Assembly (NCBI GenBank): GCA_011526165.1 | Contig: WYAY01000160.1 | Location: 11,354-75,353 of the forward strand | DNA from: Sulfuritalea sp. | GTDB lineage: Bacteria > Pseudomonadota > Gammaproteobacteria > Burkholderiales > Rhodocyclaceae | Reading direction: 5' to 3' | Length of the DNA: 64,000 nt | Shown here: positions 40,868-51,539 of the stretch, piece by piece | How positions within the stretch are numbered: the first letter of the stretch is position 1 | How the letters are laid out: each line of letters begins with the position of its first letter | The notes under the pieces: model-generated | The model's input: the letters and a program-made list of their open reading frames with translations, nothing else | Database searches by the model: none | Told to the model about the DNA's origin: nothing | Program-made: the position numbers and the translations under genes

Positions 40868-42784
40868 TCAGGCCGCCCCTGCCCGCGCATCGCGTTCTCG
40901 CGTCAGGCGTTCGACAAACGTCTCGAGGGACATTTGCCCGAGGTCCTGTCCGCCCCGGGCACGCACGGCGACCAACCCAGCCGCCTTTTCCTTGTCACCG
41001 ACGACAATCTGATAAGGCAGCTTTTGCAAGCTATGTTCGCGTATTTTATAGTTAATTTTCTCATTACGCAAATCCGCAACAGCCCTCAGGCCAGCCTGGC
41101 GTAGTTTTTCCGCAACAGTTTCGGCGTAATCGGCCTGATGTTCGGAAATGTTCATCACCACCGCCTGGAGCGGAGACAGCCAGAGCGGGAAAGCGCCGGC
41201 ATGGTGCTCGATCAGGATGCCGATGAAGCGCTCCATCGATCCGAGGATGGCCCGATGCAGCATGACCGGCTGCCGGCGGCTGTTGTCCTCCGCCACGTAT
41301 TCCGCGCCGAGCCGGCCCGGCAGCGAGAAATCGAGCTGCAGGGTGCCGCATTGCCAGACGCGGTTCAGGCAATCCTTCAGCGAAAACTCGATCTTCGGCC
41401 CGTAGAAGGCGCCCTCGCCCGGCTGCAGTTCGTACTTCAGCCCCTTGGCATCGAGCGCCTGGGCCAGGGCGGCTTCGGCGCGGTCCCAGGTCTCGTCGGA
41501 CCCGATGCGCTTTTCCGGCCGGGTGGACAGCTTGACCAGAATGTCGTTGAAGCCGAAATCGGCATACACCTTGCGCAGCAGGTCGATGAAGGCAGCGGAC
41601 TCGGCGAGGATCTGCTCCTCGGTGCAGAAAATGTGGGCGTCGTCCTGCACGAAGCCACGCACACGCATGATGCCGTGCAGGGCGCCGGAAGGCTCGTTGC
41701 GGTGGCAGGAGCCGAATTCGGCCAGACGCAGCGGCAGGTCGCGATAGCTCTTGATGCCCTGGTTGAATATCTGCACGTGGCCAGGACAGTTCATTGGCTT
41801 GACGGCGTAGTCGCGTTCCTCGGCCTTGGTGGTAAACATGTGCTCGGCGTAGTTCTCCCAATGGCCGGATTTCTCCCACAGGACGCGGTCCATCACCTGC
41901 GGCGTGCGCACTTCCTGATAGCCGTTGGCAGCCAGCAGCCGGCGCATGTACTGCTCGACCTCCTGCCAGATCACCCAGCCTTTGGGATGCCAGAACACCA
42001 TGCCCGGCGCCTCGTCCTGCAGATGGAAGAGATCGAGCTGCCGGCCGAGCTTGCGATGGTCGCGCTTCTCCGCCTCCTCCAGCATGTGCAGGTAGGCTTC
42101 GAGCTCGTCCTTTTTCGCCCAGGCCGTGCCGTAGATCCGCTGCAGCATCTCGTTGCGCGAGTCGCCGCGCCAGTAGGCGCCCGCCACCTTCATCAGCTTG
42201 AAGACCCTCAGCTTGCCGGTGGAGGGAACGTGCGGGCCGCGGCAGAGGTCGACGAAATCGCCTTCGCGATACAGGGAAACATCCTCGCCGGCAGGGATCG
42301 AGGCGATGATCTCGGCCTTGTAGTGTTCTCCGATCGAGCGGAAGAACTCGACCGCCTTGTCGCGCGGCCACACCTCCCGCACGACGGGGTGATCCTTCTT
42401 CGCCAGTTCGGCCATGCGCGCTTCGATCTTGGCCAGGTCCTCCGGCGTGAACGGGCGCTTGTAGGAGAAGTCGTAGTAGAAACCGTTTTCGATCACCGGC
42501 CCGATGGTCACCTGGGCTTCGGGAAACAGCTCCTTGACGGCGTAGGCCAGCAGGTGGGCGGTGGAGTGCCGGATGATGTCGACACCCTCGGCGTCCTTGT
42601 CGGTGACGATCGCCAGCGCGCAATCCCGCTCGATGCGGTACGCGGTGTCGACCAGCTTGCCATCCACTCTTCCGGCCAGCGCCGCCTTGGCCAGTCCGGC
42701 GCCGATCGACGCCGCCGCCTCGGCCACCGTCACCGCCTGCGGGAATTCCCGCTTCGAACCATCCGGCAATGTAATCGTCAGCAT
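40868..42784 (-). CDS. thrS: Threonine-tRNA ligase
   Basis: TLPDGS TGS domain, RHSTAH, DLCRGPH, KPMNCP, HRAILGS. Confidence 0.97.
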   Translation of the reverse strand: MLTITLPDGSKREFPQAVTVAEAAASIGAGLAKAALAGRVDGKLVDTAYRIERDCALAIVTDKDAEGVDIIRHSTAHLLAYAVKELFPEAQVTIGPVIENGFYYDFSYKRPFTPEDLAKIEARMAELAKKDHPVVREVWPRDKAVEFFRSIGEHYKAEIIASIPAGEDVSLYREGDFVDLCRGPHVPSTGKLRVFKLMKVAGAYWRGDSRNEMLQRIYGTAWAKKDELEAYLHMLEEAEKRDHRKLGRQLDLFHLQDEAPGMVFWHPKGWVIWQEVEQYMRRLLAANGYQEVRTPQVMDRVLWEKSGHWENYAEHMFTTKAEERDYAVKPMNCPGHVQIFNQGIKSYRDLPLRLAEFGSCHRNEPSGALHGIMRVRGFVQDDAHIFCTEEQILAESAAFIDLLRKVYADFGFNDILVKLSTRPEKRIGSDETWDRAEAALAQALDAKGLKYELQPGEGAFYGPKIEFSLKDCLNRVWQCGTLQLDFSLPGRLGAEYVAEDNSRRQPVMLHRAILGSMERFIGILIEHHAGAFPLWLSPLQAVVMNISEHQADYAETVAEKLRQAGLRAVADLRNEKINYKIREHSLQKLPYQIVVGDKEKAAGLVAVRARGGQDLGQMSLETFVERLTRERDARAGAA

Positions 42785-42804
42785 CCTGGATACGTCCCGA
42801 AACG

Positions 42805-42855
42805 ACAGAAGCCAGAAAACCGAAGCCGCTTCGGCCCCCGTCCTCTGGCTTCTGT
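42805..42855 (-). promoter_or_regulatory. Long hairpin in the tRNA-Val to thrS leader
   Basis: ACAGAAGCCAGA / TCTGGCTTCTGT outer stem enclosing CCGAAG-CGG-CTTCGG. Confidence 0.5.
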
Positions 42856-42864
42856 TCCATGAAT

Positions 42865-42941
42865 TGGTAGGCGCGATAGGACTCGAACCTACGACCCCCA
42901 CCATGTCAAGGTGGTGCTCTAACCAGCTGAGCTACGCGCCT
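42865..42941 (-). tRNA. tRNA-Val(GAC)
   Basis: AGGCGCGTAGCTCAGCTGGTTAGAG..TTGACAT..CCA. Confidence 0.95.
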
Positions 42942-42999
42942 GCAAGGTGCGAATTGTAGCCGAAACCGCCTGCTTGATCAAAACTTCCGATGGATGCCT

Positions 43000-43701
43000 T
43001 CAGGCCTGCCGCTCCTGCCAGAGGCAATTGCCCCGGCTCTCCTGGCCGATTTCCGCCAGGACGCGTTCGTGTTCAGCCTGCTCCTCGGCGCTGGCGCGCA
43101 CCACGCGCAGGGCCGGGCGCTCAGCCGGAAGCGCCGTCCGCAGGCCTTCTGCCGGCGGGCTTTCTAGTTCCATGAGCAGCGTCTCCTGGCCGCGCGTCAT
43201 GGCCAGATAGACTTCCGCCAGCAGTTCGGCATCGAGCAGGGCGCCGTGCAGCGTGCGGCCGGAATTGTCGATGGCGTAACGCTCGCACAGCGCGTCGAGG
43301 GAGTTCCTGCGTCCCGGGTGCAACTCGCGAGCCATTTTCAGCGTATCGACGATGCCCGTGCAGATCCGCCCCAGCGGCGCCTGTTGCTGCAGCGCCAGCT
43401 CATTGTCGAGGAAGCCGGTATCGAACGCGGCGTTATGGATGATCAACTCGGCGCCGCGGATGAAATCCAGGAAGGCGGCAACGATTTCGCCGAAGCGGGG
43501 CTTGTCCTGCAGGAACTCGTTGGAGAGGCCATGCACGGCGAGCGCGCCGGCCTCGACCTCGCGTTCCGGATTGATATAGCGGTGGAAGCGCTGGCCGGTC
43601 AGCTTGCGGTTGAGCAGCTCCACGCAGCCGATCTCGATGATGCGATCGCCCATCCGGTGATCCAGGCCGGTGGTTTCCGTGTCGAGGACGATCTGTCTCA
43701 A
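43000..43701 (-). CDS. dnaQ: DNA polymerase III epsilon subunit
   Basis: TTG start overlapping the rnhA stop; [26 protein letters not shown]. Confidence 0.95.
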   Translation of the reverse strand: MRQIVLDTETTGLDHRMGDRIIEIGCVELLNRKLTGQRFHRYINPEREVEAGALAVHGLSNEFLQDKPRFGEIVAAFLDFIRGAELIIHNAAFDTGFLDNELALQQQAPLGRICTGIVDTLKMARELHPGRRNSLDALCERYAIDNSGRTLHGALLDAELLAEVYLAMTRGQETLLMELESPPAEGLRTALPAERPALRVVRASAEEQAEHERVLAEIGQESRGNCLWQERQA

Positions 43702-44156
43702 GCCCGGCCGCCTTTCAGTGTTTCCATGCCGCGGCGCGCCAGCGCATCGGCGCGTTCGTTCTCGGCGTGGCCGGCATGGCCCTTCACCCAGCGCCATTCG
43801 ATGCAGTGGCGCGCGGCCAGCGCGTCCAGTTCCCGCCACAACTCGGCATTCTTCACCGGCTGCCGGTCGGCGGTGCGCCAGCCGCGCTTCTTCCAGGCAT
43901 GGATCCACTCGCTGATGCCCTTCTGCACATACTGCGAGTCTGTGTGCACGCAGGCATGCACGGGCCGCTTGAGCGCTTCCAGCGCCCGGATCACGGCCGT
44001 CAGTTCCATGCGGTTGTTGGTGGTAGCGGCCTCGCCGCCATACAGCTCCCTTTCATGCCCGCCCATCCTGAGCAGCGCACCCCAGCCGCCGGGACCCGGA
44101 TTGCCGCTGCAGGCGCCGTCGGTGAATATCTCGACGTATTCCCCGGTTTCGCTCAC
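43698..44156 (-). CDS. rnhA: Ribonuclease HI
   Basis: [29 protein letters not shown]; GTG start. Confidence 0.96.
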   Translation of the reverse strand: MSETGEYVEIFTDGACSGNPGPGGWGALLRMGGHERELYGGEAATTNNRMELTAVIRALEALKRPVHACVHTDSQYVQKGISEWIHAWKKRGWRTADRQPVKNAELWRELDALAARHCIEWRWVKGHAGHAENERADALARRGMETLKGGRA

Positions 44157-44875
44157 CGATCCCCCCGTTGCATTCTCTGCACGGCCGGCGCCAAGGCCTT
44201 GGCACGCGCCTTGCGATCGTGCCAGGCCGGCGTCAGCAGGCGCAGGCCGTGCTGCCGCTTGATGCCTTGCAGGAGATAGACGGAGCCGAAGATCGGCCAC
44301 CAGCGGTCGCCGGCCAACTCGAGAAAGTGCCAGCGACCGAGCCATTTTTCCTGGTTAACGGCGGGCGCGTAGCGACCAAAGCAGCCCGCCTGGGTTTCGA
44401 AGCTGAGCAGCTTCAGCAGGTCCCTCAGACGGCGCACGCTGAAATACTGCCCGCGCCAGGGGAAAGGCGCATCGCGGCCCGCCAGGCGTCGCCTGACGCC
44501 CCACAGGCTGAAGGGATTGAAGCCGGAGATCAACACCTGCCCCTCCGGCACCAGCACGCGCTCGACCTCGCGCAGGACCTGGTGAGGATCGGCGGCGAAC
44601 TCCAGCACGTGCGGCAGCACCACCAGATCGACGCTGTTGGCGGCAAACGGCAGGTGGTGTGCATCGCCCAGGACGCCGGCCGGCGCGGCGTTGTCGCAGG
44701 CGAAGCGCAGCGGCATGCGGTTGGCCCGCAGGCAGTCGCACTGCGGCAGGCCGACCTGGACTGCATTGAAGCCGAATATGTCGGCCACCATCTGATCGAA
44801 GCGCTCCTGCTCCCATTCGAGGATGTATCTCCCCTGCGGGGTCTGCAGCCATTCGTCGAATCCGGGAATTGACAT
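44153..44875 (-). CDS. Class I SAM-dependent methyltransferase (YafS-like)
   Basis: [28 protein letters not shown]; conserved position between gloB and rnhA. Confidence 0.9.
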   Translation of the reverse strand: MSIPGFDEWLQTPQGRYILEWEQERFDQMVADIFGFNAVQVGLPQCDCLRANRMPLRFACDNAAPAGVLGDAHHLPFAANSVDLVVLPHVLEFAADPHQVLREVERVLVPEGQVLISGFNPFSLWGVRRRLAGRDAPFPWRGQYFSVRRLRDLLKLLSFETQAGCFGRYAPAVNQEKWLGRWHFLELAGDRWWPIFGSVYLLQGIKRQHGLRLLTPAWHDRKARAKALAPAVQRMQRGDR

Positions 44876-44902
44876 TTCGCTCCGAAGTCAGAGAATCGCG
44901 GC

Positions 44903-45667
44903 ATGGACATACATGCCTTGCGCGCGTTCGACGACAATTATATCTGGCTGCTGCGCCAGGGACGCCATGTCGTGGTGGTCGACCCCGGCGACGAAGCGCC
45001 GGTGCTGCGTTACCTGGAGGCCGAGCGCGCCGGCCTCGCCGCCATCCTGCTCACGCACCATCACGGCGACCACAGCGGCGGCGTGGCCGCACTGCTTGGC
45101 CGTCATCCGGCGCCGGTCTTCGGGCCAGCGAATGAAACGATCGCCGGCGTCAGCCGGCCGCTGCGCGAAGGCGACCGCGTCGATCTGCCTGATCTCGGCG
45201 GCAGCTTGCGGGTCATCGACGTGCCGGGCCACACCCGCGGCCATGTCGCCTATTACGGCCACGGCGCGCTGTTCTGCGGCGACACGCTGTTCGCCTGCGG
45301 CTGCGGCCGCCTGTTCGAGGGAACCGCGGCCCAGATGTGGGCTTCGCTCGGCAAGCTGGCCGCCCTGCCGGCGGACACCCGGGTCTACTGCGCCCACGAG
45401 TACACGCAAGCCAACATCCGCTTCGCCCTGGCCGTCGAGCCGGGCAATGAAGCGTTGCAGGCCAGGGCCGCGCGCGTGGCCGAACAGCGTGCGCAGGACC
45501 AGGCGACCGTGCCATTCGCGCTTGCCGAAGAGCTGGCGACGAATCCCTTCCTGCGTTCGGCGATCCCTGCCGTCGCGGCAGCGGCGGAGCGCCATTGCGG
45601 AGCAACCCTCGACGGCCCGTCCGAGGTCTTCGCCGCCTTGCGCGAGTGGCGCAACGGCTTTCGCTGA
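44903..45667 (+). CDS. gloB: Hydroxyacylglutathione hydrolase (glyoxalase II)
   Basis: DNYIW, THHHGDH, PGHT, GDTLF, CAHEYT, TNPFLR. Confidence 0.95.
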   Translation: MDIHALRAFDDNYIWLLRQGRHVVVVDPGDEAPVLRYLEAERAGLAAILLTHHHGDHSGGVAALLGRHPAPVFGPANETIAGVSRPLREGDRVDLPDLGGSLRVIDVPGHTRGHVAYYGHGALFCGDTLFACGCGRLFEGTAAQMWASLGKLAALPADTRVYCAHEYTQANIRFALAVEPGNEALQARAARVAEQRAQDQATVPFALAEELATNPFLRSAIPAVAAAAERHCGATLDGPSEVFAALREWRNGFR

Positions 45668-45691
45668 AAAGTCAGTCTCCGCAGGACGGCG
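45667..45691 (+). repeat. Polar 25-bp motif, copy 5 (AAAAGTCAGTC-tccgcagg-ACGGCG)
   Basis: Read directly; intergenic, first base is the A of the gloB TGA. Confidence 0.9.
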
Positions 45692-45715
45692 CGGCGTTCG
45701 CCGCGAGCAGCGAAA

Positions 45716-45744
45716 TTGACGCGCGGGAGGGGCGACGTTAGCAT
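45716..45744 (+). promoter_or_regulatory. Sigma70 promoter of mltD
   Basis: TTGACG-17bp-TAGCAT. Confidence 0.6.
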
Positions 45745-45768
45745 TGGGCTTTCGCACGTTTCGGCTCC

Positions 45769-47109
45769 ATGTTCAAGCTCAAGCCCGCGCTGGCGGGAAT
45801 CCTTGCCTGCCTCGCCTGCTGCCTGTTGCCCGTCCTTGCCGCCGCCCAGGATGGCGCCGCAAACGAAGCCGTCACCGTCCCCGCCGCGCCCCAGGAGCCG
45901 GTCCCGACCATCGAACTGAAGGATGATCCGCCGCCGCTGGCGACGATCGACCTGACGCTGCCGCCGGACGACCTGTGGGATCGCATCCGCAAAGGCTTCG
46001 GCATGCCCAACCTCGACAGCCCGCTGGTGCAGCAGCAGCAGGCCTGGTACCTCGCCCGGCCCGACTACCTGCGCCGCGTCGTCGAACGCAGCCGCCGCTA
46101 CATGCACCACATCGTCGAAGAACTGGAGAAGCGCGGCATGCCCACCGAACTGGCGCTGCTGCCCGTCGTCGAAAGCGCCTACAACCCGATGGCCTATTCG
46201 CGCGCCCACGCCTCCGGCATGTGGCAGTTCATCCCCTCCACCGGCAAGACCTACCAGCTCGACCAGAACTGGTGGATGGACCAGCGCCGCGACATCATCG
46301 CCTCGACCAGCGCCGCGCTCGACTACCTGCAGTCGATCTACGAGATGCATGGCGACTGGCATCTGGCGCTCGCCTCCTACAACTGGGGCGAAAACGCCGT
46401 CGCCCGCGCCATCAACAAGAACCTCGCCAAGGGACTGCCGACCGACTACCTGAGCCTGACCATGCCGAACGAGACGCGCTGGTACGTGCCCAAGCTGCAG
46501 GCCCTGAAGAACATCATTGCCCAGCCGCAGCTGTTTAGCATCAGCCTCGACCCGATCCCCAACGAGCCCTATTTCCAGACCATCGAGGTGTCCACCCACA
46601 TGGACGTCGCCATCGCCGCGCGACTGGCGGAGATGACCATCGAAGAATTCCTCGCCCTCAATCCCGCCTACAACCGCCCGGTCATTCCAGGCAAGGGCGG
46701 CACCAGCATCGTCCTGCCGACCGAAAAGACCGAGGTGTTCATTTCCAACCTCGAGGCGCACAACAAACCGCTGACCAACTGGCAGGCCTACACCATCAAA
46801 AAGGGCGAGAGCCTTGACAATGTCGCGAAAAAGCACGGCCTGACGCCAGCCCGCCTCCGGCAGATCAACGGCATCGGCCCCAGAATGCGCATCGGCGCCG
46901 GGCATACGCTGCTGGTGCCGGCCAGCGGCGCCGCCGCCGGAGACAACCTGCTCTCCGTGAACCTGCCCATCGTCAAGCCGACCGTTCGCAAGGCGCCTGT
47001 CCGGAGCGGCAAGAAAGGCGCCACCGGCAAAAGCGGCAAGAAGCCTGTTGCCAAGCAAGCCAAGCCGGCGAAAAAAACTGCCGCCAAGCGCCCCGCGCCT
47101 CGGAAGTGA
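45769..47109 (+). CDS. mltD: Lytic murein transglycosylase D (SLT + LysM)
   Basis: LWDRIR, LPVVES, GMWQF, ASYNWGE, ETRWYVPK, LysM, Lys-rich tail. Confidence 0.92.
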   Translation: MFKLKPALAGILACLACCLLPVLAAAQDGAANEAVTVPAAPQEPVPTIELKDDPPPLATIDLTLPPDDLWDRIRKGFGMPNLDSPLVQQQQAWYLARPDYLRRVVERSRRYMHHIVEELEKRGMPTELALLPVVESAYNPMAYSRAHASGMWQFIPSTGKTYQLDQNWWMDQRRDIIASTSAALDYLQSIYEMHGDWHLALASYNWGENAVARAINKNLAKGLPTDYLSLTMPNETRWYVPKLQALKNIIAQPQLFSISLDPIPNEPYFQTIEVSTHMDVAIAARLAEMTIEEFLALNPAYNRPVIPGKGGTSIVLPTEKTEVFISNLEAHNKPLTNWQAYTIKKGESLDNVAKKHGLTPARLRQINGIGPRMRIGAGHTLLVPASGAAAGDNLLSVNLPIVKPTVRKAPVRSGKKGATGKSGKKPVAKQAKPAKKTAAKRPAPRK

Positions 47110-47116
47110 GTGAGGC

Positions 47117-49129
47117 TTATCCGTGCAGGAAGCAGCGCACGCCGTGCGTCGCGCTGAGCTGCGTTTCGTCCGGATAGCGCGCCGCGCACTGCGGCATGGC
47201 GCGCGGGCAGCGCGGATGGAAATGGCAGCCGGCGGGCGGCCGCGCCGGCGAAGGCATGTCGCCGCTCAGCACGATCACCTCGCGGCGTCCCGCCGCATCC
47301 GGGCGCGGCACGGCGGACAGCAGCGCCTGCGTGTAGGGATGCTGCGGCGCGCCTAGCACCTCCTCGACGCTGCCCCGCTCGACGATGCGGCCGAGGTACA
47401 TCACCGCCACCGTCTGCGCCAGGTGTTCCACCACCGCAATATTGTGCGTGATGAAGAGATAGGCGAGGCCGAGCGAGGCCTGCAGTTCCTTGAGTAGGTT
47501 GAGGATCTGCGCCTGGACAGAAACATCGAGGGCGCTGGTCGGCTCGTCGCACACCAGCAGGCGCGGCGCCACCGCCAGCGCCCGCGCGATGGCGATGCGC
47601 TGGCGCTGCCCGCCGGAAAACTCGTGCGGGTAGCGCCCCCGCATGTCGGCCGAGAGACCGACGCGCTCCAGCAACTCGGCCGTGCGGCACTCGCGTTCCG
47701 CCGCGGCCGCGGCCGTGCCGAGGGCGGCCATGCCCTCCTCGATGATGTCGCCGACGCGCATGCGCGGGTCGAGCGAGGCATAGGGATCCTGGAAGACGAT
47801 CTGCAATTCGCCGCGCAGGGCGCGCAGCCGCGCCGCGGGCAGCGCCGTCAGCTCCTCGCCGCGGTAGCGCACGCTGCCGGCAGTCGGCTTAGTGAGCTGC
47901 AGGATGGCCTTGCCGGCGGTCGTCTTGCCGCAGCCGGACTCTCCGACCAACGCCAGCGTGCGTCCGGAAGCCAGTCCCAGCGAAACGCCGTCCACTGCCC
48001 TTACTTGCGCTACCGTGCGCCGGAACACGCCCCGGCGGATGGGGAAATGCACTTGCAGGTCCCTCACCTCCAGCAAGTACGCACCCGGTTCCTGCGCCAA
48101 TCCGGTCGACGAAACGACTTCCGGCGCGCTGCGTTGGCGGCCTGCTTCCCGATGCCTGGTTCCTGATGCCCGGTCGTAAAGATGGCAGCGCGCAGCGTGC
48201 CCCGAAGACGCCTCGTGCCAGGCCGGCGGCTCCTCGCGGCAGCGCGACCAGGCCTGCGCGCAGCGCTCGGCGAAGCGGCAGCCGGCGAACTGCCGGCTCA
48301 GCGGCGGCACGCTGCCGGGAATGGTCTCCAGCGCGCCGCCGCGCCGCTCGGGCACGGGCAGCGCGGCAAACAGCTTCTGCGAGTAGGGGTGCTTCGGCGC
48401 GGCGAAGAAATCCTCCCGCGCAGCGACCTCCACCAGTTCGCCGGCATACATCACGCCGACACGGTGCGCCAGTTGCGCGACGATGCCGAGGTCGTGCGTG
48501 ATCAGCAGCATGCCCATGCCGCGGCTGCGCTGCAGCGCGCCGAGCAGTTCCAGCACCTGAGCCTGGATGGTGACGTCGAGGGCGGTGGTCGGCTCGTCGG
48601 CGATCAGCAGGGCCGGATCGCCGGCCAGCGCCATGGCGATCATGACGCGCTGCTTCATGCCGCCGGAAAACTGGAAGGGAAACTCGTCCAGCCGCCGCGC
48701 CGCGTCTGGAATGCCGACGGCCTCGAGCAGTTCGACGGCCCGCTGCCGCGCCGCCGCGCCGCGCAGCGCGGTGTGGCGCGCGAGCACCTCGCCGATCTGG
48801 ATGCCGACGGTGAGCACCGGGTTCAGGCTGGTGGCCGGCTCCTGGAAGATCATCGCCATCCCGCGGCCGCGCACCGCGCGCATCTCGGCTTCCGACAGCG
48901 CGAGCAGATCGCGCTTTTCCAGCAGCACGCGGCCGCCGACGATCGTGCCGGCATCCGGCAGCAGGCGCATCAGCGAGAGGGCGGTCATCGACTTGCCGCA
49001 GCCGGATTCGCCCAGCAGTGCAAAGGTCTCCCCGGACGCTACGTCGAAGGACACGTCGTCGACCGCGCGGACGTCGCCCGCCGGGCTTGCCAGGAAAGTG
49101 CGCAGGGATTCGACGCGCAGCAGGCTCAT
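47117..49129 (-). CDS. Peptide-type ABC transporter ATP-binding protein (two ATPase domains)
   Basis: Two GESGCGK Walker A motifs, SGGM/SGGQ signatures, DEPT. Confidence 0.93.
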   Translation of the reverse strand: MSLLRVESLRTFLASPAGDVRAVDDVSFDVASGETFALLGESGCGKSMTALSLMRLLPDAGTIVGGRVLLEKRDLLALSEAEMRAVRGRGMAMIFQEPATSLNPVLTVGIQIGEVLARHTALRGAAARQRAVELLEAVGIPDAARRLDEFPFQFSGGMKQRVMIAMALAGDPALLIADEPTTALDVTIQAQVLELLGALQRSRGMGMLLITHDLGIVAQLAHRVGVMYAGELVEVAAREDFFAAPKHPYSQKLFAALPVPERRGGALETIPGSVPPLSRQFAGCRFAERCAQAWSRCREEPPAWHEASSGHAARCHLYDRASGTRHREAGRQRSAPEVVSSTGLAQEPGAYLLEVRDLQVHFPIRRGVFRRTVAQVRAVDGVSLGLASGRTLALVGESGCGKTTAGKAILQLTKPTAGSVRYRGEELTALPAARLRALRGELQIVFQDPYASLDPRMRVGDIIEEGMAALGTAAAAAERECRTAELLERVGLSADMRGRYPHEFSGGQRQRIAIARALAVAPRLLVCDEPTSALDVSVQAQILNLLKELQASLGLAYLFITHNIAVVEHLAQTVAVMYLGRIVERGSVEEVLGAPQHPYTQALLSAVPRPDAAGRREVIVLSGDMPSPARPPAGCHFHPRCPRAMPQCAARYPDETQLSATHGVRCFLHG

Positions 49130-50565
49130 GCCGTTTGTCCCTGTGCCGAGTGCGCGATGCGCCGGCCAGTCAGGCGCGGATCGAAGGCATCGCGCACCGC
49201 ATCGGAAAAGAGATTGGCCGCCAGCACCAGCACGAACATGAACGTGAAGGCGGCCACCAGCGACCACCACACCACCGGCTCGCGCGCCAGTTCCAGACGC
49301 GCCGTGTTGATCATGGTGCCGAAGCTGATGGTGCTCGGATCGACGCCGATGCCGATGTAGGAGAGCACCGCCTCGGCCAGTACCAGGCCGGAGAAGTCCA
49401 TCACCACCGCGATCAACACGATGTGCATGACGTTGGGCAGGATGTGCCGACCCATGATGCGCGCGGCCGACGCCCCAAAGGCCTGCGCCGCCTGCACGTA
49501 TTCGAGCTCGCGCAGCTTCAGCGTCTCGGCGCGCAGCAGGCGGCATAGGCCCGTCCAGCTGGTCACGCCGAGGATCAGGCACAGCGCCAGCAGGCGCGCG
49601 TCGGCGCGCTGGGCGGCGGTGGCGAACCAGTCCGGATGGGTGTCGATCGCCACCTGCACCATCAGCACCGCGGCGGCGATCAGCAGCACGCCGGGAATCG
49701 AGTTGAGCGTCGTGTAGAGGTACTGGATGACGTCGTCCACCCAGCCGCCGAGGTAGCCGGCGGCGATGCCCAGCGCCACGGCGAAGGGCAGCATGGCCAG
49801 GGTGGTGACGGTGCCGATCACCAGCCCGGTGCGGATGCTCTTCAGGGTGAGATAGAGCACGTCCTGGCCGACCTTGTCGGTGCCGAAGACGTGGTAGCCG
49901 CCGGCGAGCGAAATCGCCGGGCCAGCGAGGAGCAGCAGGAGGCCCGCCGTCAGCAGCGCCGCGTTCCAGGCGAAGCGCGTCTCGCCGCGCCGCATGCGGC
50001 GCCAGGCCTGCGAACGGCCCACGGCCCAGTGCCGCGCCGCCAGATGGACGGCGCCCAGGAGAAAAGTCAGTCCCGCCAGGACGGCGAAGAAAAGGCCGCG
50101 CAGGATGCGCCAGGCCACATCGCCGCCCCACTCCGCTTCGGCATCACCGAGATGGGCGCCGCCGTGCTTCAGGCGCGGGAAAACCCGCGCCTGCGTGCCG
50201 TCCGGCAGCTCGACCGTCTCCCTGGCATACAGGTGCGTCGCCAGCGGCGCGGAATAGGTCTTCTCGGTAGCAGCCCTGAGCGGCTGCAGCAGCGCATCGA
50301 GCACGCTGCGCACTTCCGTGCCGTAACCGTTGGCCGGCCTGCCGTTCGCATCCGCCAGGCGCGGCCGGTAGTGCAGCGAATCGAGCAGCCCGACCGCGAC
50401 GAAGGCGAGCAGCACGACCAGCGCCGCCATGCCGGCGCGGCTCTCGCCGACGCGGCGCCAGGAGGCCAGCAGATACTCATGCCGCCGGATGTAGAGTCCG
50501 GCGCCGGCTGTTGCGGCGAGCAGCAGGAAGACGAGCGCATCGGTCCACAGGACGATCGGCATCAT
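49126..50565 (-). CDS. Peptide-type ABC transporter permease (OppC-like)
   Basis: FGTDKVGQDV, EYVQAAQAFG, HILPN. Confidence 0.9.
   Translation of the reverse strand: MMPIVLWTDALVFLLLAATAGAGLYIRRHEYLLASWRRVGESRAGMAALVVLLAFVAVGLLDSLHYRPRLADANGRPANGYGTEVRSVLDALLQPLRAATEKTYSAPLATHLYARETVELPDGTQARVFPRLKHGGAHLGDAEAEWGGDVAWRILRGLFFAVLAGLTFLLGAVHLAARHWAVGRSQAWRRMRRGETRFAWNAALLTAGLLLLLAGPAISLAGGYHVFGTDKVGQDVLYLTLKSIRTGLVIGTVTTLAMLPFAVALGIAAGYLGGWVDDVIQYLYTTLNSIPGVLLIAAAVLMVQVAIDTHPDWFATAAQRADARLLALCLILGVTSWTGLCRLLRAETLKLRELEYVQAAQAFGASAARIMGRHILPNVMHIVLIAVVMDFSGLVLAEAVLSYIGIGVDPSTISFGTMINTARLELAREPVVWWSLVAAFTFMFVLVLAANLFSDAVRDAFDPRLTGRRIAHSAQGQTA
50062..50086 (+). repeat. Polar 25-bp motif, copy 6 (AAAAGTCAGTC-ccgccagg-ACGGCG)
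   Basis: Read directly; antisense inside the ABC permease (AVLAGLTF). Confidence 0.9.
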
Positions 50566-51539
50566 TGCAGTCTCACGCGCGGATCGACCAGGGTGTAGGA
50601 GAGGTCCGTCAGCAACAGGCCGACGATGTAGAGCACCGAGCCGATAAAGACCATCGCGCGCACCACGGCGAAGTCCTGGGCATTGATGGCGTCGATGGTG
50701 TAGGAGCCCAGCCCCGGGATGCCGAAGAAGGATTCGACCAGCAGGGAGCCCATGAACAGCAGCGGGATGACGACCACCACCCCGGTGAGGATGGGAATCA
50801 TGGCGTTCCGCAACACATGGCGGAACAGCACGGCAGCCTCCGACAGCCCCTTGGCGCGCGCCGTGCGCACGTAGTCCTTGCCGATCTCCTCTAGAAATAT
50901 CGTGCGATACCAGCGCGTGCTGCTGCCGATGCCGGCGACGACGCTGATCAGCACCGGCAGCAGCAGGAAGCGCGCGGCGTCCAGCCCGCCGGCGTAGCCC
51001 GAGATCGGCACGAGGTGCCAGACCTTGCTCACCAGGTATTGGCCGCCGATGATGTAGAACAGGCTGGAGATCGACATCATCGCTACGCATAGCACCACAC
51101 CCCAGAAGTCGAGATTGGTGGCGCGGAAGAACGCCAGCAGCAGGGCGAAGGAGACGGTAACGAAGAGGCCGAGCAGGAAGGTCGGCACGGCGATGGCCAG
51201 GCTCGGTCCCATGCGCGTCTTGATCTCGTGGCCGATGTCGCGGCCGTCGTCGGCGCGGCCGAAGTCGAAGACGAAGAGCTTCGCCGACTTCTCGAAGAAG
51301 ATGGTGTCGGTCAGCCTGGCCGCCCCCGCAGCGTTTTCATTGTAGAGCAGCGGCTTGTCATAGCCGCGCTCGGCCTTCCATTTCTCGATCGCCTCGGGGG
51401 TGACGCGCTTCACGCCGAGCTGCATGCGCGCCATGTCGTCCGGCGTGTTCACCACGAAGAACAGGGTGAAGGTGAGCAAATTCACCCCGATCAGGATCGG
51501 TATGGCATAGAACAGGCGGCGGATGACGTAGGCCAGCAT
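50562..51539 (-). CDS. Peptide-type ABC transporter permease (OppB-like)
   Basis: [33 protein letters not shown]. Confidence 0.92.
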   Translation of the reverse strand: MLAYVIRRLFYAIPILIGVNLLTFTLFFVVNTPDDMARMQLGVKRVTPEAIEKWKAERGYDKPLLYNENAAGAARLTDTIFFEKSAKLFVFDFGRADDGRDIGHEIKTRMGPSLAIAVPTFLLGLFVTVSFALLLAFFRATNLDFWGVVLCVAMMSISSLFYIIGGQYLVSKVWHLVPISGYAGGLDAARFLLLPVLISVVAGIGSSTRWYRTIFLEEIGKDYVRTARAKGLSEAAVLFRHVLRNAMIPILTGVVVVIPLLFMGSLLVESFFGIPGLGSYTIDAINAQDFAVVRAMVFIGSVLYIVGLLLTDLSYTLVDPRVRLQ

